A stretch of 64,000 bases of DNA from Candidatus Levybacteria bacterium RIFCSPHIGHO2_01_FULL_40_16 (lineage in GTDB: Bacteria; Patescibacteriota; Microgenomatia; Levybacterales; UBA12049), in contig MFNS01000007.1 in the NCBI GenBank assembly GCA_001783805.1, positions 89,975-153,974 of the forward strand, written 5' to 3'. The position numbers and the translations under genes were made by a program. This document shows, one piece after another, positions 56,138 through 64,000 of this stretch (the stretch's first letter is position 1; every line of letters starts with the position of its first letter). Under the pieces are notes generated by a model. It was given only the letters and a program-made list of their open reading frames with translations, made no database searches and was not told the DNA's origin.

Positions 56138-58744
56138 TTATTTTTTTGCAAAATTGATAATTAAATTTTTATCTCCTGTAATTTTCTCAGAATACGACAA
56201 CGAGCTATCTTCTTTTTTCAAGCCTCCTGAATTAATCACACTTAAGCTATCGGGATAGTAAAGAGAAAAGGAATAAGGCAAAATATCAATACCTGGTTGC
56301 TTAAATATTTTTAAATTATAGGAAAAATTATTTGGATCAAAAACATTTTTTCTTAAAACAGTATATTGAATTTTAATTCTCACCAATTCACCTGCGGGAA
56401 CATTCACCAAAAATCCATAGATTGCTTTCTGAGTCTCAATTGTCTTTTCGATTTCAAGGTCTTTTGGTGCTTTGAAGTTTTTTGCTTCATAAATTTGCGG
56501 GGCAACAATCGCATCGACAATAACTTGAGAAACATCATTTACCGATAATGAGTTTAGGAGGGTGTCGATTGGTAAAATAATTCTTAAATAATTTTTATAA
56601 TTCCCATTCGGCTCAAAAGCAGCGTCATTTTTATAGCTTAAGCTTAATTCTCCAAATAGGCTCCCATCCGGCTCTATTTTTACAGTTTGAGTGACCTGTC
56701 TTTTAATAAAACCATTAACTCGATTCAGCCCTAAATTCGCTTCATTAATTCCCACAAAGTCATTCACGGAATCCCCGCTCTCTTTTCTTTCGTCCCAAAG
56801 CGAAGACGACCAGCCATTCACGGTAAAAATATTTTGTACATCTTTAAATTCAAACAATAAATGTTTTTGTGTAAGTGCGTTAGAAATTGCCTGCGCAATT
56901 AAAAGATAAGCTGTTTTCGCTACTATTGGCTTAGCTACTATTGATTTATAGAGAGATCTGGGAAAATCTTTATTCTGCGTATGGGACTGCATTAATTTAT
57001 AAAAATTATTTTCATCAACATTTTCCTTATAATTAGCAACATAAACCGGTCCGATTGCCTGCAGGATGTTTTTAACAAAGGTGTTGTCAACTGCCACAAC
57101 TCCCGAAACTTGCTGGCCTGTTTCAGCCAATAAAAAATTAGCTACAGAAAGAGCAGATTGAGCAAAGTCTACATCAAAATTGCCATCTTTCATGTACCAA
57201 TGCTGTTTTGAAAGATATCTCCTGATCGCAAAGGGCGGCTCCACATGGCCCCTTAATTGTTGGTCGGCATCATCCACATTGTAGATATCAAACTCCATAA
57301 TTTTGCCCTGGTTGAGTTTTAAAATACCATAAGAATTAATCAGTCCCCCACCAGGCCGGAGCTCCAGATTGTCTTGAAAAAGAATTAAATAGGTTTTAGG
57401 TGTTTCCATTCCTAAAATACCGGGCAATATATCCGTGGTAGCGGATAAAAGCTTAATTAAGGGATTAATGATTTCCAGATTTTGTGAAATCGATGCGGGA
57501 ATTTTTTCCTCTAGCTTTATCTTATTTAATGCGACCATTGAGTTTTTCAGATAATTTTCCGCTTTGGCAAAATCATCGCTTGGATTTTCGCTTTTGCCGG
57601 TTAAAATTTTGGAAAAATAAGTTCCTGAATCAAATATTTGTAATAAATTCCCCGAGATCTTCAGACCCGAGTCCAAACTTTGCGAATATTTCCTTATGTT
57701 ATCTTCTCCTCCAATAACTTTTGCTTGAAAAAATAGAATGTTCGAGGTTTGTTTTCCTAAATAAAAAAAAGTCTGCGACAGATGAAGAGAACTTTTGGCA
57801 TTAACAAAATTACCCTTATCCATTTCGCTCTTTGCGTTATAAAGAATATTTAATCCCAGAAAAGAGAAAAGTACCGTAAAAATAATAGGAGAAAATAATA
57901 AAAAAATCATTATCCAAATTATAAAAAGGGGGACGTTCTTTATTTTCTTTGTGTCTTCTTCCAAATTATTTCTTTGTGCTCTTCCACCAGCTGACGGGTT
58001 CTTTTTTATATCAATACTGCGTATTTTTTGAGCCAGTGGATATTTATCGCTTAACAAATATTCTCCGTTGGGAGGATAAAAAATGTTTTTCGGTCTTGGA
58101 TCGTGCCTGATGAAATCTATTGTAATTTCTGGATTGATTTTTTGAATCATGTGCGCTAAAGCCAGTTCGGATACCGGGTGTTTTGGGAAAATATAAAAAA
58201 GGGAATGTTTTTTTTGTATTCCAAATACCAGATCTATTAATCCATCCACTACGTCCGGCAAAAATACTGGGTAAGCCCCCCGCAGACCATCCCCCATAAC
58301 CTGTATTTTCCCAAATCTCTGAGCCTGATAAATAAATTTATTGATTACCGACTTATAACCTTCTCTCCCAAGAATTAATTTGTTATCAAAGACGTCTCCA
58401 AATATCGCTATTTCTGCGCCGGGACATACCCGCATAATCTTATCAGCTGCATATTCTTCCGCTAGGGACATTCCTTGAACGAAAATAAAATTCGCATTAA
58501 TGTCCTTAACTTTTTTTATAATTTTAGGTAATATTTCTAAATCCTGCCCCTTCTCATCAATAAATATAATATGGGAATATTTATTATCTGGAATGGTGGG
58601 AAATTTTCCAGAAAAAGGGACTTCCCCTCCTCGGCCGGCAAAGACTATTAAAAATTCTTGAGAAAGCTTTAGACAAAGAGATTCGCCAATTAATCCTTCC
58701 CTATCTATTACGAGAATTGGGCTTTTGGAAAAAGCAGACTTCAT
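56138..58744 (-). CDS. NAD-dependent epimerase/dehydratase-like N-terminal domain + TM + DUF4012-type extracytoplasmic domain
   Basis: Central TM (FIIWIMIFLLFSPIIFTVLF). LILFQDNLELRPGGGLINSYG resembles the conserved DUF4012 core. Confidence 0.55.
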   Translation of the reverse strand: MKSAFSKSPILVIDREGLIGESLCLKLSQEFLIVFAGRGGEVPFSGKFPTIPDNKYSHIIFIDEKGQDLEILPKIIKKVKDINANFIFVQGMSLAEEYAADKIMRVCPGAEIAIFGDVFDNKLILGREGYKSVINKFIYQAQRFGKIQVMGDGLRGAYPVFLPDVVDGLIDLVFGIQKKHSLFYIFPKHPVSELALAHMIQKINPEITIDFIRHDPRPKNIFYPPNGEYLLSDKYPLAQKIRSIDIKKNPSAGGRAQRNNLEEDTKKIKNVPLFIIWIMIFLLFSPIIFTVLFSFLGLNILYNAKSEMDKGNFVNAKSSLHLSQTFFYLGKQTSNILFFQAKVIGGEDNIRKYSQSLDSGLKISGNLLQIFDSGTYFSKILTGKSENPSDDFAKAENYLKNSMVALNKIKLEEKIPASISQNLEIINPLIKLLSATTDILPGILGMETPKTYLILFQDNLELRPGGGLINSYGILKLNQGKIMEFDIYNVDDADQQLRGHVEPPFAIRRYLSKQHWYMKDGNFDVDFAQSALSVANFLLAETGQQVSGVVAVDNTFVKNILQAIGPVYVANYKENVDENNFYKLMQSHTQNKDFPRSLYKSIVAKPIVAKTAYLLIAQAISNALTQKHLLFEFKDVQNIFTVNGWSSSLWDERKESGDSVNDFVGINEANLGLNRVNGFIKRQVTQTVKIEPDGSLFGELSLSYKNDAAFEPNGNYKNYLRIILPIDTLLNSLSVNDVSQVIVDAIVAPQIYEAKNFKAPKDLEIEKTIETQKAIYGFLVNVPAGELVRIKIQYTVLRKNVFDPNNFSYNLKIFKQPGIDILPYSFSLYYPDSLSVINSGGLKKEDSSLSYSEKITGDKNLIINFAKK

Positions 58745-58750
58745 AGTATT

Positions 58751-59176
58751 CTACGTAGTATTATCTAATGCTTCGTTAACAAACGCGTCTGCTATTGCAT
58801 TTTGTTCTCTGGGAATATGTTTATAAAACATTGGCAGGCATATTTGTCCTTCCCTATCCCGAACGTCCAGAAGTAAGTCTTTAAGAGCAACATTTTTTAC
58901 TTTAAAAATTCCAATTATCTGCGAGCAAACCAGCCTTGAGTCTAGAAAAAAATGTATTTTCGCATTTTCCGCTAAAGCTTTTTTATTCTCAATTATCCAA
59001 TCAAGCGCCTCAATTACTGCCTTGTATTCTGCAACATTGTTAGTGGATATTTCAATTGTTCTTCCAAAACCGGCAATTTTTTTATTTTTCTCATCTGAAA
59101 TATAAACTCCGATTGCTGCGGGCCCGGGGTTTCCTCTGGCTCCACCATCTGTAAAAATATTTAAAGCGTTTATCAT
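58751..59176 (-). CDS. rnhA: Ribonuclease HI
   Basis: FTDGGARGNPGPAA...AEY...D RNase H catalytic pattern. Confidence 0.85.
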   Translation of the reverse strand: MINALNIFTDGGARGNPGPAAIGVYISDEKNKKIAGFGRTIEISTNNVAEYKAVIEALDWIIENKKALAENAKIHFFLDSRLVCSQIIGIFKVKNVALKDLLLDVRDREGQICLPMFYKHIPREQNAIADAFVNEALDNTT

Positions 59177-59305
59177 GTTTTCAGTTTATCACGAAAGAGT
59201 ATATTTACAAAGAGGCTAATATGTTCATTTTCGCAAAAAGTTCTTATATTAAATTTCATCTAATGATTTCTTTTGGGATAAAATTGGGGGAGTAAATTGT
59301 GAAAA

Positions 59306-59776
59306 TTATTTAACTTTGGGGCTGACCACCAAAACTCTATCACGACCTTCACCTTGGGATCCGGAAATAACTTCATCATCTTTTTCTAGCAATAAGTGAA
59401 CTATTCTTCTTTCCCAAGATTTCAGCTCGGGAATTGCAATTTCTTTTCCTTCAGCCAAAACTCTTTCTTTTGTTTCCAGCGCCAAAGCTTTCAGCATTTC
59501 CGTTCTGTTTTTCTTGTAATCTCCAACATCAATTGAGATACGAACAAACCTTCCCAGATTTCTGGCAACACACAAAGATAAAGCTAATTGCAACCCTTCG
59601 AGGGTATCTCCATGATAGCCAATTACTACTCCCGTATCCTTGGTATTAAGAACTATTTCTACACCTTCCGCATCTTTACCCTTTGGTTCCAAGATCTCAA
59701 AATCTCCTTCAATATCCAGAAGTTTTAAGAGTTTTTCCGTTATTTCCTTAATGGTTTTTATTTCTTTTTTATCCAT
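59306..59776 (-). CDS. jag: Jag/R3H RNA-binding protein (KH + R3H)
   Basis: KH-like VIGYHGDTLEGLQ and C-terminal R3H (ELKSWERRIVHLLL). Located next to yidC. Confidence 0.8.
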   Translation of the reverse strand: MDKKEIKTIKEITEKLLKLLDIEGDFEILEPKGKDAEGVEIVLNTKDTGVVIGYHGDTLEGLQLALSLCVARNLGRFVRISIDVGDYKKNRTEMLKALALETKERVLAEGKEIAIPELKSWERRIVHLLLEKDDEVISGSQGEGRDRVLVVSPKVK

Positions 59777-60606
59777 GCGCTTAATCCCCCAAGCCCCGCA
59801 ATTTTATATTGCTGTATGATACCAAAAACCGTAAAAGTATTCCAGTACAAGGATAGTCCGATCGGAAAACCGAAAGAGAAAAATCCGATCATGATCGGAA
59901 ATATAAACATGGATTGCGTCTGAAAAGCACTGGCAAAATCACTGGCATCTTTTTTATCAATCTGCGTTTTCTTCTCAATATCTTTTTCCAAAATCGCAAC
60001 TCCCGTCTTTGCAGGAATCATCATTTTGGAAAGAATAAATTGAAAAACCCCCGTTAAAATAGGGACCAGTAATATTAATGAACTTACCGCGAATAAATTG
60101 TTAAAAGACATGATTTTTGAAGGCATTTCTCCAAGAGGAAGTCCAAAAAAAGAAATATCCCAAGCGTTTTTCAATTTTAAAAAATCAAAATAAACGATTT
60201 TATTAACCTCTGCAATGGCGGCTTCGGGTTTGAGGGTTACCATGCGTTGCAAAACCGAGTAAAGTGCCCAGATAATTGGCAGCTGTATAAGTACAGGCAG
60301 GCATCCCGCAGCAGGATTAATTCCATGCTCTTTGTAAAGCCTCATTGTTTCCTCCTGCATTTTTTTTGCATCCCCCTTATGTCTTTCCTTAAGTTTTGAC
60401 AAATGAGGAGCAATCTTCTGCATTTTCATTGACGCTTTTAGCTGGGCGGTGGTCATGGGATATAAAATAAATCTAATGACAATTGTCAGTCCGATGATCG
60501 CAAACCCCAGGGCATACGGAAGGTGTATAAAAGAAAAAACCGAATAAACGGCTACCAAAATATTTATAATTGGATTGATAAAAACTAAATTAAAAAAATC
60601 TCCCAT
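59758..60606 (-). CDS. yidC: Membrane protein insertase YidC (short form)
   Basis: Five-TM Oxa1/YidC core. Position in the rnpA-yidD-yidC-jag cluster. Confidence 0.9.
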   Translation of the reverse strand: MGDFFNLVFINPIINILVAVYSVFSFIHLPYALGFAIIGLTIVIRFILYPMTTAQLKASMKMQKIAPHLSKLKERHKGDAKKMQEETMRLYKEHGINPAAGCLPVLIQLPIIWALYSVLQRMVTLKPEAAIAEVNKIVYFDFLKLKNAWDISFFGLPLGEMPSKIMSFNNLFAVSSLILLVPILTGVFQFILSKMMIPAKTGVAILEKDIEKKTQIDKKDASDFASAFQTQSMFIFPIMIGFFSFGFPIGLSLYWNTFTVFGIIQQYKIAGLGGLSAWIKKK

Positions 60607-60617
60607 AAATTAATCCT

Positions 60618-60830
60618 TCAGCTGACGGGAAAAAACGGCTGGCATTTTAAGATTCTTATTGCGGATTTTTGCAAGCCCTGAAAAATGCCATTCTTGTTAA
60701 TTGAAATTTTTGCGTATTCGGAGCAGGTGGGGGAATGCCGGCACATTTTCTGCACTCCTAAAACATTTTTTAAAGCTACCGAAATAAAGCTTTGATAAAT
60801 ATCAATAATTAAAAGCAAAAATTTTTTCAT
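60618..60830 (-). CDS. yidD: Membrane protein insertion efficiency factor YidD
   Basis: CRHSPTCSEY motif. 70 aa. Confidence 0.8.
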   Translation of the reverse strand: MKKFLLLIIDIYQSFISVALKNVLGVQKMCRHSPTCSEYAKISINKNGIFQGLQKSAIRILKCQPFFPVS

Positions 60831-61159
60831 TTCTTAATAAGCCCTGCTTTTTCTAATGCACTTCTTACCATAAGCAAATTTTCTTCTTTAGTTTTACCAA
60901 TTATTCCTTTTTTTACAATAAGAAGTATATCATGTCCGACATTTATTTTTTTCTCTAAATTTAAAAGTGTTGTTCTAAAAAATCTTTTTATCCTGTTTCG
61001 GATAACTGCTCTTTTGTCAATTTTTTTTGAGACAACAATCCCAAACCTGTTAATTTCCAGTCCATTTTTTTTCTCTTTCAGCAAAAATTGGGGAGTAGAG
61101 ATGAGATGAGAATTGCTAAAGCTTATTCCTGGAACAAGACGGTTCTCTTTTTTAAACAT
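60827..61159 (-). CDS. rnpA: RNase P protein component
   Basis: Basic ~110-aa protein downstream of rpmH with an RNR-like motif (KRAVIRNRIKRFFR). Confidence 0.85.
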   Translation of the reverse strand: MFKKENRLVPGISFSNSHLISTPQFLLKEKKNGLEINRFGIVVSKKIDKRAVIRNRIKRFFRTTLLNLEKKINVGHDILLIVKKGIIGKTKEENLLMVRSALEKAGLIKK

Positions 61160-61258
61160 TTATCCAGCACCTTTCAAAACACCAAGCCAGACTCGGTAAG
61201 TTACCAACATTCTTTTTTTCCGTACTGTCCAATATCTCGCGGTAAAAAGGTGCTGGAT

Positions 61259-61402
61259 TTAGGCTTTCTTAACAGAAAGTTTTGCTCGGCCCTTTAATCT
61301 TCTTCTTCTGATAACTTTTTGCCCAGCATGAGATCTCATTCGCACCAAAAAGCCGTGTTTCCTAGCTCTTTTTGTTTTTTTGAGAGTGATAAATTTTTCC
61401 AT
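61259..61402 (-). CDS. rpmH: 50S ribosomal protein bL34
   Basis: MEKFITLKKTKRARKHGFLVRMRSHAGQKVIRRRRLKGRAKLSV matches the bL34 pattern. The ORF-track N-terminal extension was ignored. Confidence 0.85.
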   Translation of the reverse strand: MEKFITLKKTKRARKHGFLVRMRSHAGQKVIRRRRLKGRAKLSVKKA

Positions 61403-61580
61403 AGAAAATAGTATAGCACAAAAAAGACATAGTTGTATCCACTTCCTCATCTTGACCCTACACCAACTTAGTCGCCTAGGCGACAGCGCTTGGGCGGGGT
61501 CTGCGAGATACACTTGCCATAGTTTGGTCTAGTAATACTTCTTGACAAAAAGTTATCCACATAGTTAAACTTCATAGTAC
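61403..61580. promoter_or_regulatory. oriC region 1 (rpmH-dnaA spacer) with DnaA boxes
   Basis: Perfect TTATCCACA at 61553-61561. Near-consensus TGTATCCAC at 61433-61441. Divergent rnpA-rpmH / dnaA-dnaN arrangement. Confidence 0.75.
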
Positions 61581-62942
61581 ATGAATGAAGAAAATAATAT
61601 TTTGTGGAAAAAGGTTCTGGGGGAGATAGAAACCGAAGTCTCGCGCGCTAATTTTTTAACCCTTTTTAAGACCACTGTTCTTCTTTCTCTTGAAAATGGA
61701 ATAGCCTCAATTGCCGCCCCTTCAACTATGATCATCGATCTTTTGCAGAAAAGGTTTTATACGGTTATTAAAAAAACCGTGGACAAATATACCAAAATTG
61801 ATACGAAGATAATATTCATTCCGAAAATAATCAACAAAGAGTTTCGGGGGAGTATGACTGTTGCCCCATTACTTGCGCAAATTGAGAAAAATCAAACACC
61901 GGCAGTTGGACATCTTCCCAGAGTTAGAGCGGATTATACTTTTCAAACACTTGCCGTATCTTCAAGCAACCAACTGGCTTTCGTTTCTGCAACAACCGTG
62001 GCAAAGAAACCTGGCCTTGCATACAACCCTCTTTTTATTTACGGGCCGGTTGGTGTTGGTAAAACTCACCTGATGCAGGCAATTGCTAACGAGGTTTACA
62101 AAAACGACCCTGATAAAAAAATCATTTACACCACCAGCGAAGAGTTTACTAATGAGGTTGTTGAGGCAATAAGAAATAATGATACCGCGAGAATGAAAAG
62201 AAAATTTAGAAATGTTAATCTTTTGATAGTTGACGACGTGCAGTTTTTTGCTGGTAAAGATAGGGCTCAGGAAGAGCTTTTTCACACTTTTAATATTTTG
62301 ATTGACGCAGGAGCACAAATTGTTTTATCTTCGGATCGTCCCCCTTCCGAAATAAAAAAACTGGAAAAAAGACTTTCTTCCCGATTTGCCGGAGGACTAA
62401 CTGTTGACATAGAAGTAGCGGATTTTGAATTAAGATGCGCAATCCTTTTAATCAAGGCGAAAAAATATAACCTTGATCTTTCAATAGAAACTGCCAAAAA
62501 AATTGCAGAAAGAACGCACGATTCCAGAGAATTGGAAGGCCTACTTTTGAAAACGATTACCGTTGCAACCAATCGGGGAACTGCAGTTACTCCGGAGTTG
62601 GCAGAAAATGTCTTAAATAAAGGGATGGTTGAAGAAAAAAAATTTCTTCGTCCGGATGAAGTCATCAAAAACATTTGCTCTTTTTATAACATTAAAGAGA
62701 CTTTAATCAAGGGTCCAAAAAGAGATTCCAGACTTGTGAAAGCGCGGCAAATTGCAATGTTTATTTTAAAACAGGATTTATTATTAAGCTTTGTTGAGAT
62801 AGGTAACATTTTGGGGGGGAGGGACCATACTACAATTATATATGGTGTGAGAAAAATAGAGGGGTTACTTTTGGATAAAAATTTCTCTAAGGAGATCATG
62901 GGGATAAAATCTTTATTTCAAAAGCGGTGGGGGACACCTTGA
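61581..62942 (+). CDS. dnaA: Chromosomal replication initiator DnaA
   Basis: AAA+ GPVGVGKTHL, box VII/VIII, and the C-terminal DNA-binding helix (KARQIAMFIL...). Confidence 0.95.
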   Translation: MNEENNILWKKVLGEIETEVSRANFLTLFKTTVLLSLENGIASIAAPSTMIIDLLQKRFYTVIKKTVDKYTKIDTKIIFIPKIINKEFRGSMTVAPLLAQIEKNQTPAVGHLPRVRADYTFQTLAVSSSNQLAFVSATTVAKKPGLAYNPLFIYGPVGVGKTHLMQAIANEVYKNDPDKKIIYTTSEEFTNEVVEAIRNNDTARMKRKFRNVNLLIVDDVQFFAGKDRAQEELFHTFNILIDAGAQIVLSSDRPPSEIKKLEKRLSSRFAGGLTVDIEVADFELRCAILLIKAKKYNLDLSIETAKKIAERTHDSRELEGLLLKTITVATNRGTAVTPELAENVLNKGMVEEKKFLRPDEVIKNICSFYNIKETLIKGPKRDSRLVKARQIAMFILKQDLLLSFVEIGNILGGRDHTTIIYGVRKIEGLLLDKNFSKEIMGIKSLFQKRWGTP

Positions 62943-63079
62943 AAAACGGTTGGGTTTATTAACCTTCATACACATTGTTTTTCCACAAGTTATCCACATT
63001 TTTTTAATCTCTTTCCTTGCTTTTTTCCACTTTTCCAGATACACTACTACAACTACAAACTTAAAAACTGTAGATTAAA
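62943..63079. promoter_or_regulatory. oriC region 2 (dnaA-dnaN spacer) with DnaA boxes and an AT-rich tract
   Basis: Perfect TTATCCACA at 62991-62999 and TTTTCCACA at 62980-62988. Further TTTTCCAC copies downstream. Confidence 0.75.
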
Positions 63080-64000
63080 ATGAAAACTTCTCTAATTTTG
63101 GACCGTCTACAAAAGAAGATTTTATTCGTCAATCACGCGATATCCGCTAGGAGCCAACTACCCACACTGCTTAATTTTTTAATCGAAGCTAAGGAGGGAG
63201 GAGTGACAATTAGCGCAACCGACCTGGAAATAGGAATAATAGTAAGCGTCCCAGCAAAAACAGAAAGAAAAGGGTCGCTAATGGTTCCGGCAAAAACTTT
63301 CGTGGAGTTAATTGGAACAATTTCTTCTGGTAAAATCAACCTCGAAACAACACCCGAAGGACTAATGTTGACTGGAGATAGGGAAAAGGCGGTTTTTCAA
63401 ACCACCCCAACAGACGAATTCCCAAAACTATATGAAGATAGGGGTAAGTCAATAATGGTTCTAAAAAAAGAAACACTAGAGAAGGATTTTTCCAGAATTG
63501 TTTTTGCAGCCAGTCCGGACTCGGAAAGACCAGCGTTGTCCGGTGTCCTGATAAAGGAAAGTAACGAAGGTTTCTTGCTGGTGGCAACTGATGGATATAG
63601 GTTGTCATTAAAAAAGAATGCCCTACAAAGCGCAAAAAAAGAAAAAGGAGAAGGAGAAGTCTCCATGCTTGTTCCGGCCCGCGTGATTAGGGAGTTAATT
63701 CAGATGGAAAAAGATGAAGAATCTGAAGATGTTAAGGTTTTTGCTTCAAAGGAAGAAAACCAGATAATCTTTTCCCAAAGCGATACCATGTTAATTGGTA
63801 GGCTGATCGAAGCCGAGTTTCCTAATTATGAAAAGATAATCCCAACGGATTTTTCTACCAAAGCGGTTTTTGAAAGAGATAGTTTGCAAAAAGCCATTAA
63901 AGCGGGTTATGTTTTTGCCAGACAAACAGCCGGAATTATTAAATTAGCTATTCAAAAAAATAAAATATCTGTTTCCGCCAATGCTCCGTCAGTCGGAAAA
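63080..64000 (+). CDS. dnaN: DNA polymerase III beta sliding clamp (partial, runs off the window end)
   Basis: MKTSLILDRLQKKILFVNHAISARSQLPTLLNFLIEA... typical DnaN N-terminus. In-frame to the last base of the window. Confidence 0.9.
   Translation, partial: MKTSLILDRLQKKILFVNHAISARSQLPTLLNFLIEAKEGGVTISATDLEIGIIVSVPAKTERKGSLMVPAKTFVELIGTISSGKINLETTPEGLMLTGDREKAVFQTTPTDEFPKLYEDRGKSIMVLKKETLEKDFSRIVFAASPDSERPALSGVLIKESNEGFLLVATDGYRLSLKKNALQSAKKEKGEGEVSMLVPARVIRELIQMEKDEESEDVKVFASKEENQIIFSQSDTMLIGRLIEAEFPNYEKIIPTDFSTKAVFERDSLQKAIKAGYVFARQTAGIIKLAIQKNKISVSANAPSVGK

Overview
This 64-kb window is chromosomal and AT-rich (coding ~35-40% GC by eye) and looks like a small-genome, likely Patescibacteria/CPR-type bacterium (inference). 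It ends at the replication origin, with rnpA-rpmH diverging from dnaA-dnaN and perfect DnaA boxes (TTATCCACA) on both sides of dnaA. Most genes are housekeeping. These include split transketolase, a nearly complete de novo purine set, rpoD, dnaG, ftsH, trpS, valS, murD, ruvABC (ruvC separated from ruvAB), comM, a P-type ATPase and the yidC/yidD/jag/rnpA cluster.

The purine set comprises purA/B/E/C, purD, an archaeal-type purO followed by an AICARFT-only purH, guaA and a CBS-less guaB.

The unusual content is concentrated at three tRNA loci and in a set of small selfish elements:

1. A tRNA gene with a CAU anticodon is on the plus strand. Its acceptor stem CGCGGGG/CCCCGCA-A (C1xA72) is identical to that of bacterial initiator tRNA. 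It is split in the anticodon loop by a compact 203-nt group I intron with P, R, S and P8/P9 elements recognisable by eye. Beside it lie a second, intron-less tRNA-Met on the minus strand and an HTH protein that may be a LAGLIDADG-type homing endonuclease.

2. A tRNA-Asn(GUU) locus carries a small GIY-YIG (YhbQ-like) nuclease gene. It is flanked by a direct duplication of a tRNA-Asn D-arm segment interrupted by a 40-nt GC-rich palindromic element; an intact tRNA-Asn copy sits inside the duplicated unit.

3. The same palindromic element family (termini CTGCCCGCAAT...GCAGGCGGG) is inserted inside ruvC without breaking the reading frame. Other GC-rich repeat families lie in-frame in valS, in dnaG, in 3'UTRs and between the two transketolase subunits, in a pattern reminiscent of Rickettsia palindromic elements.

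4. A tRNA-Ile with anticodon UAU is present.

Other candidates worth a second look:
- murD translationally coupled to a PP-loop ATPase next to an Asp/Glu-racemase remnant (MurD2/MurL-like hypothesis).
- An AT-rich standalone protein with a HEPN-like Rx4HH motif.
- A divergent ParB-like gene next to a dTMP-kinase-like and 5'-deoxynucleotidase gene pair.
- A VirD4/TraG-like ATPase beside comM.
- A VapBC-like RHH/PIN pair.
- A eukaryote-type hexokinase.
- A class II Fic gene preceded by five TGGCAAGAT direct repeats.

All functional calls come from motif recognition by eye. No database searches were run.
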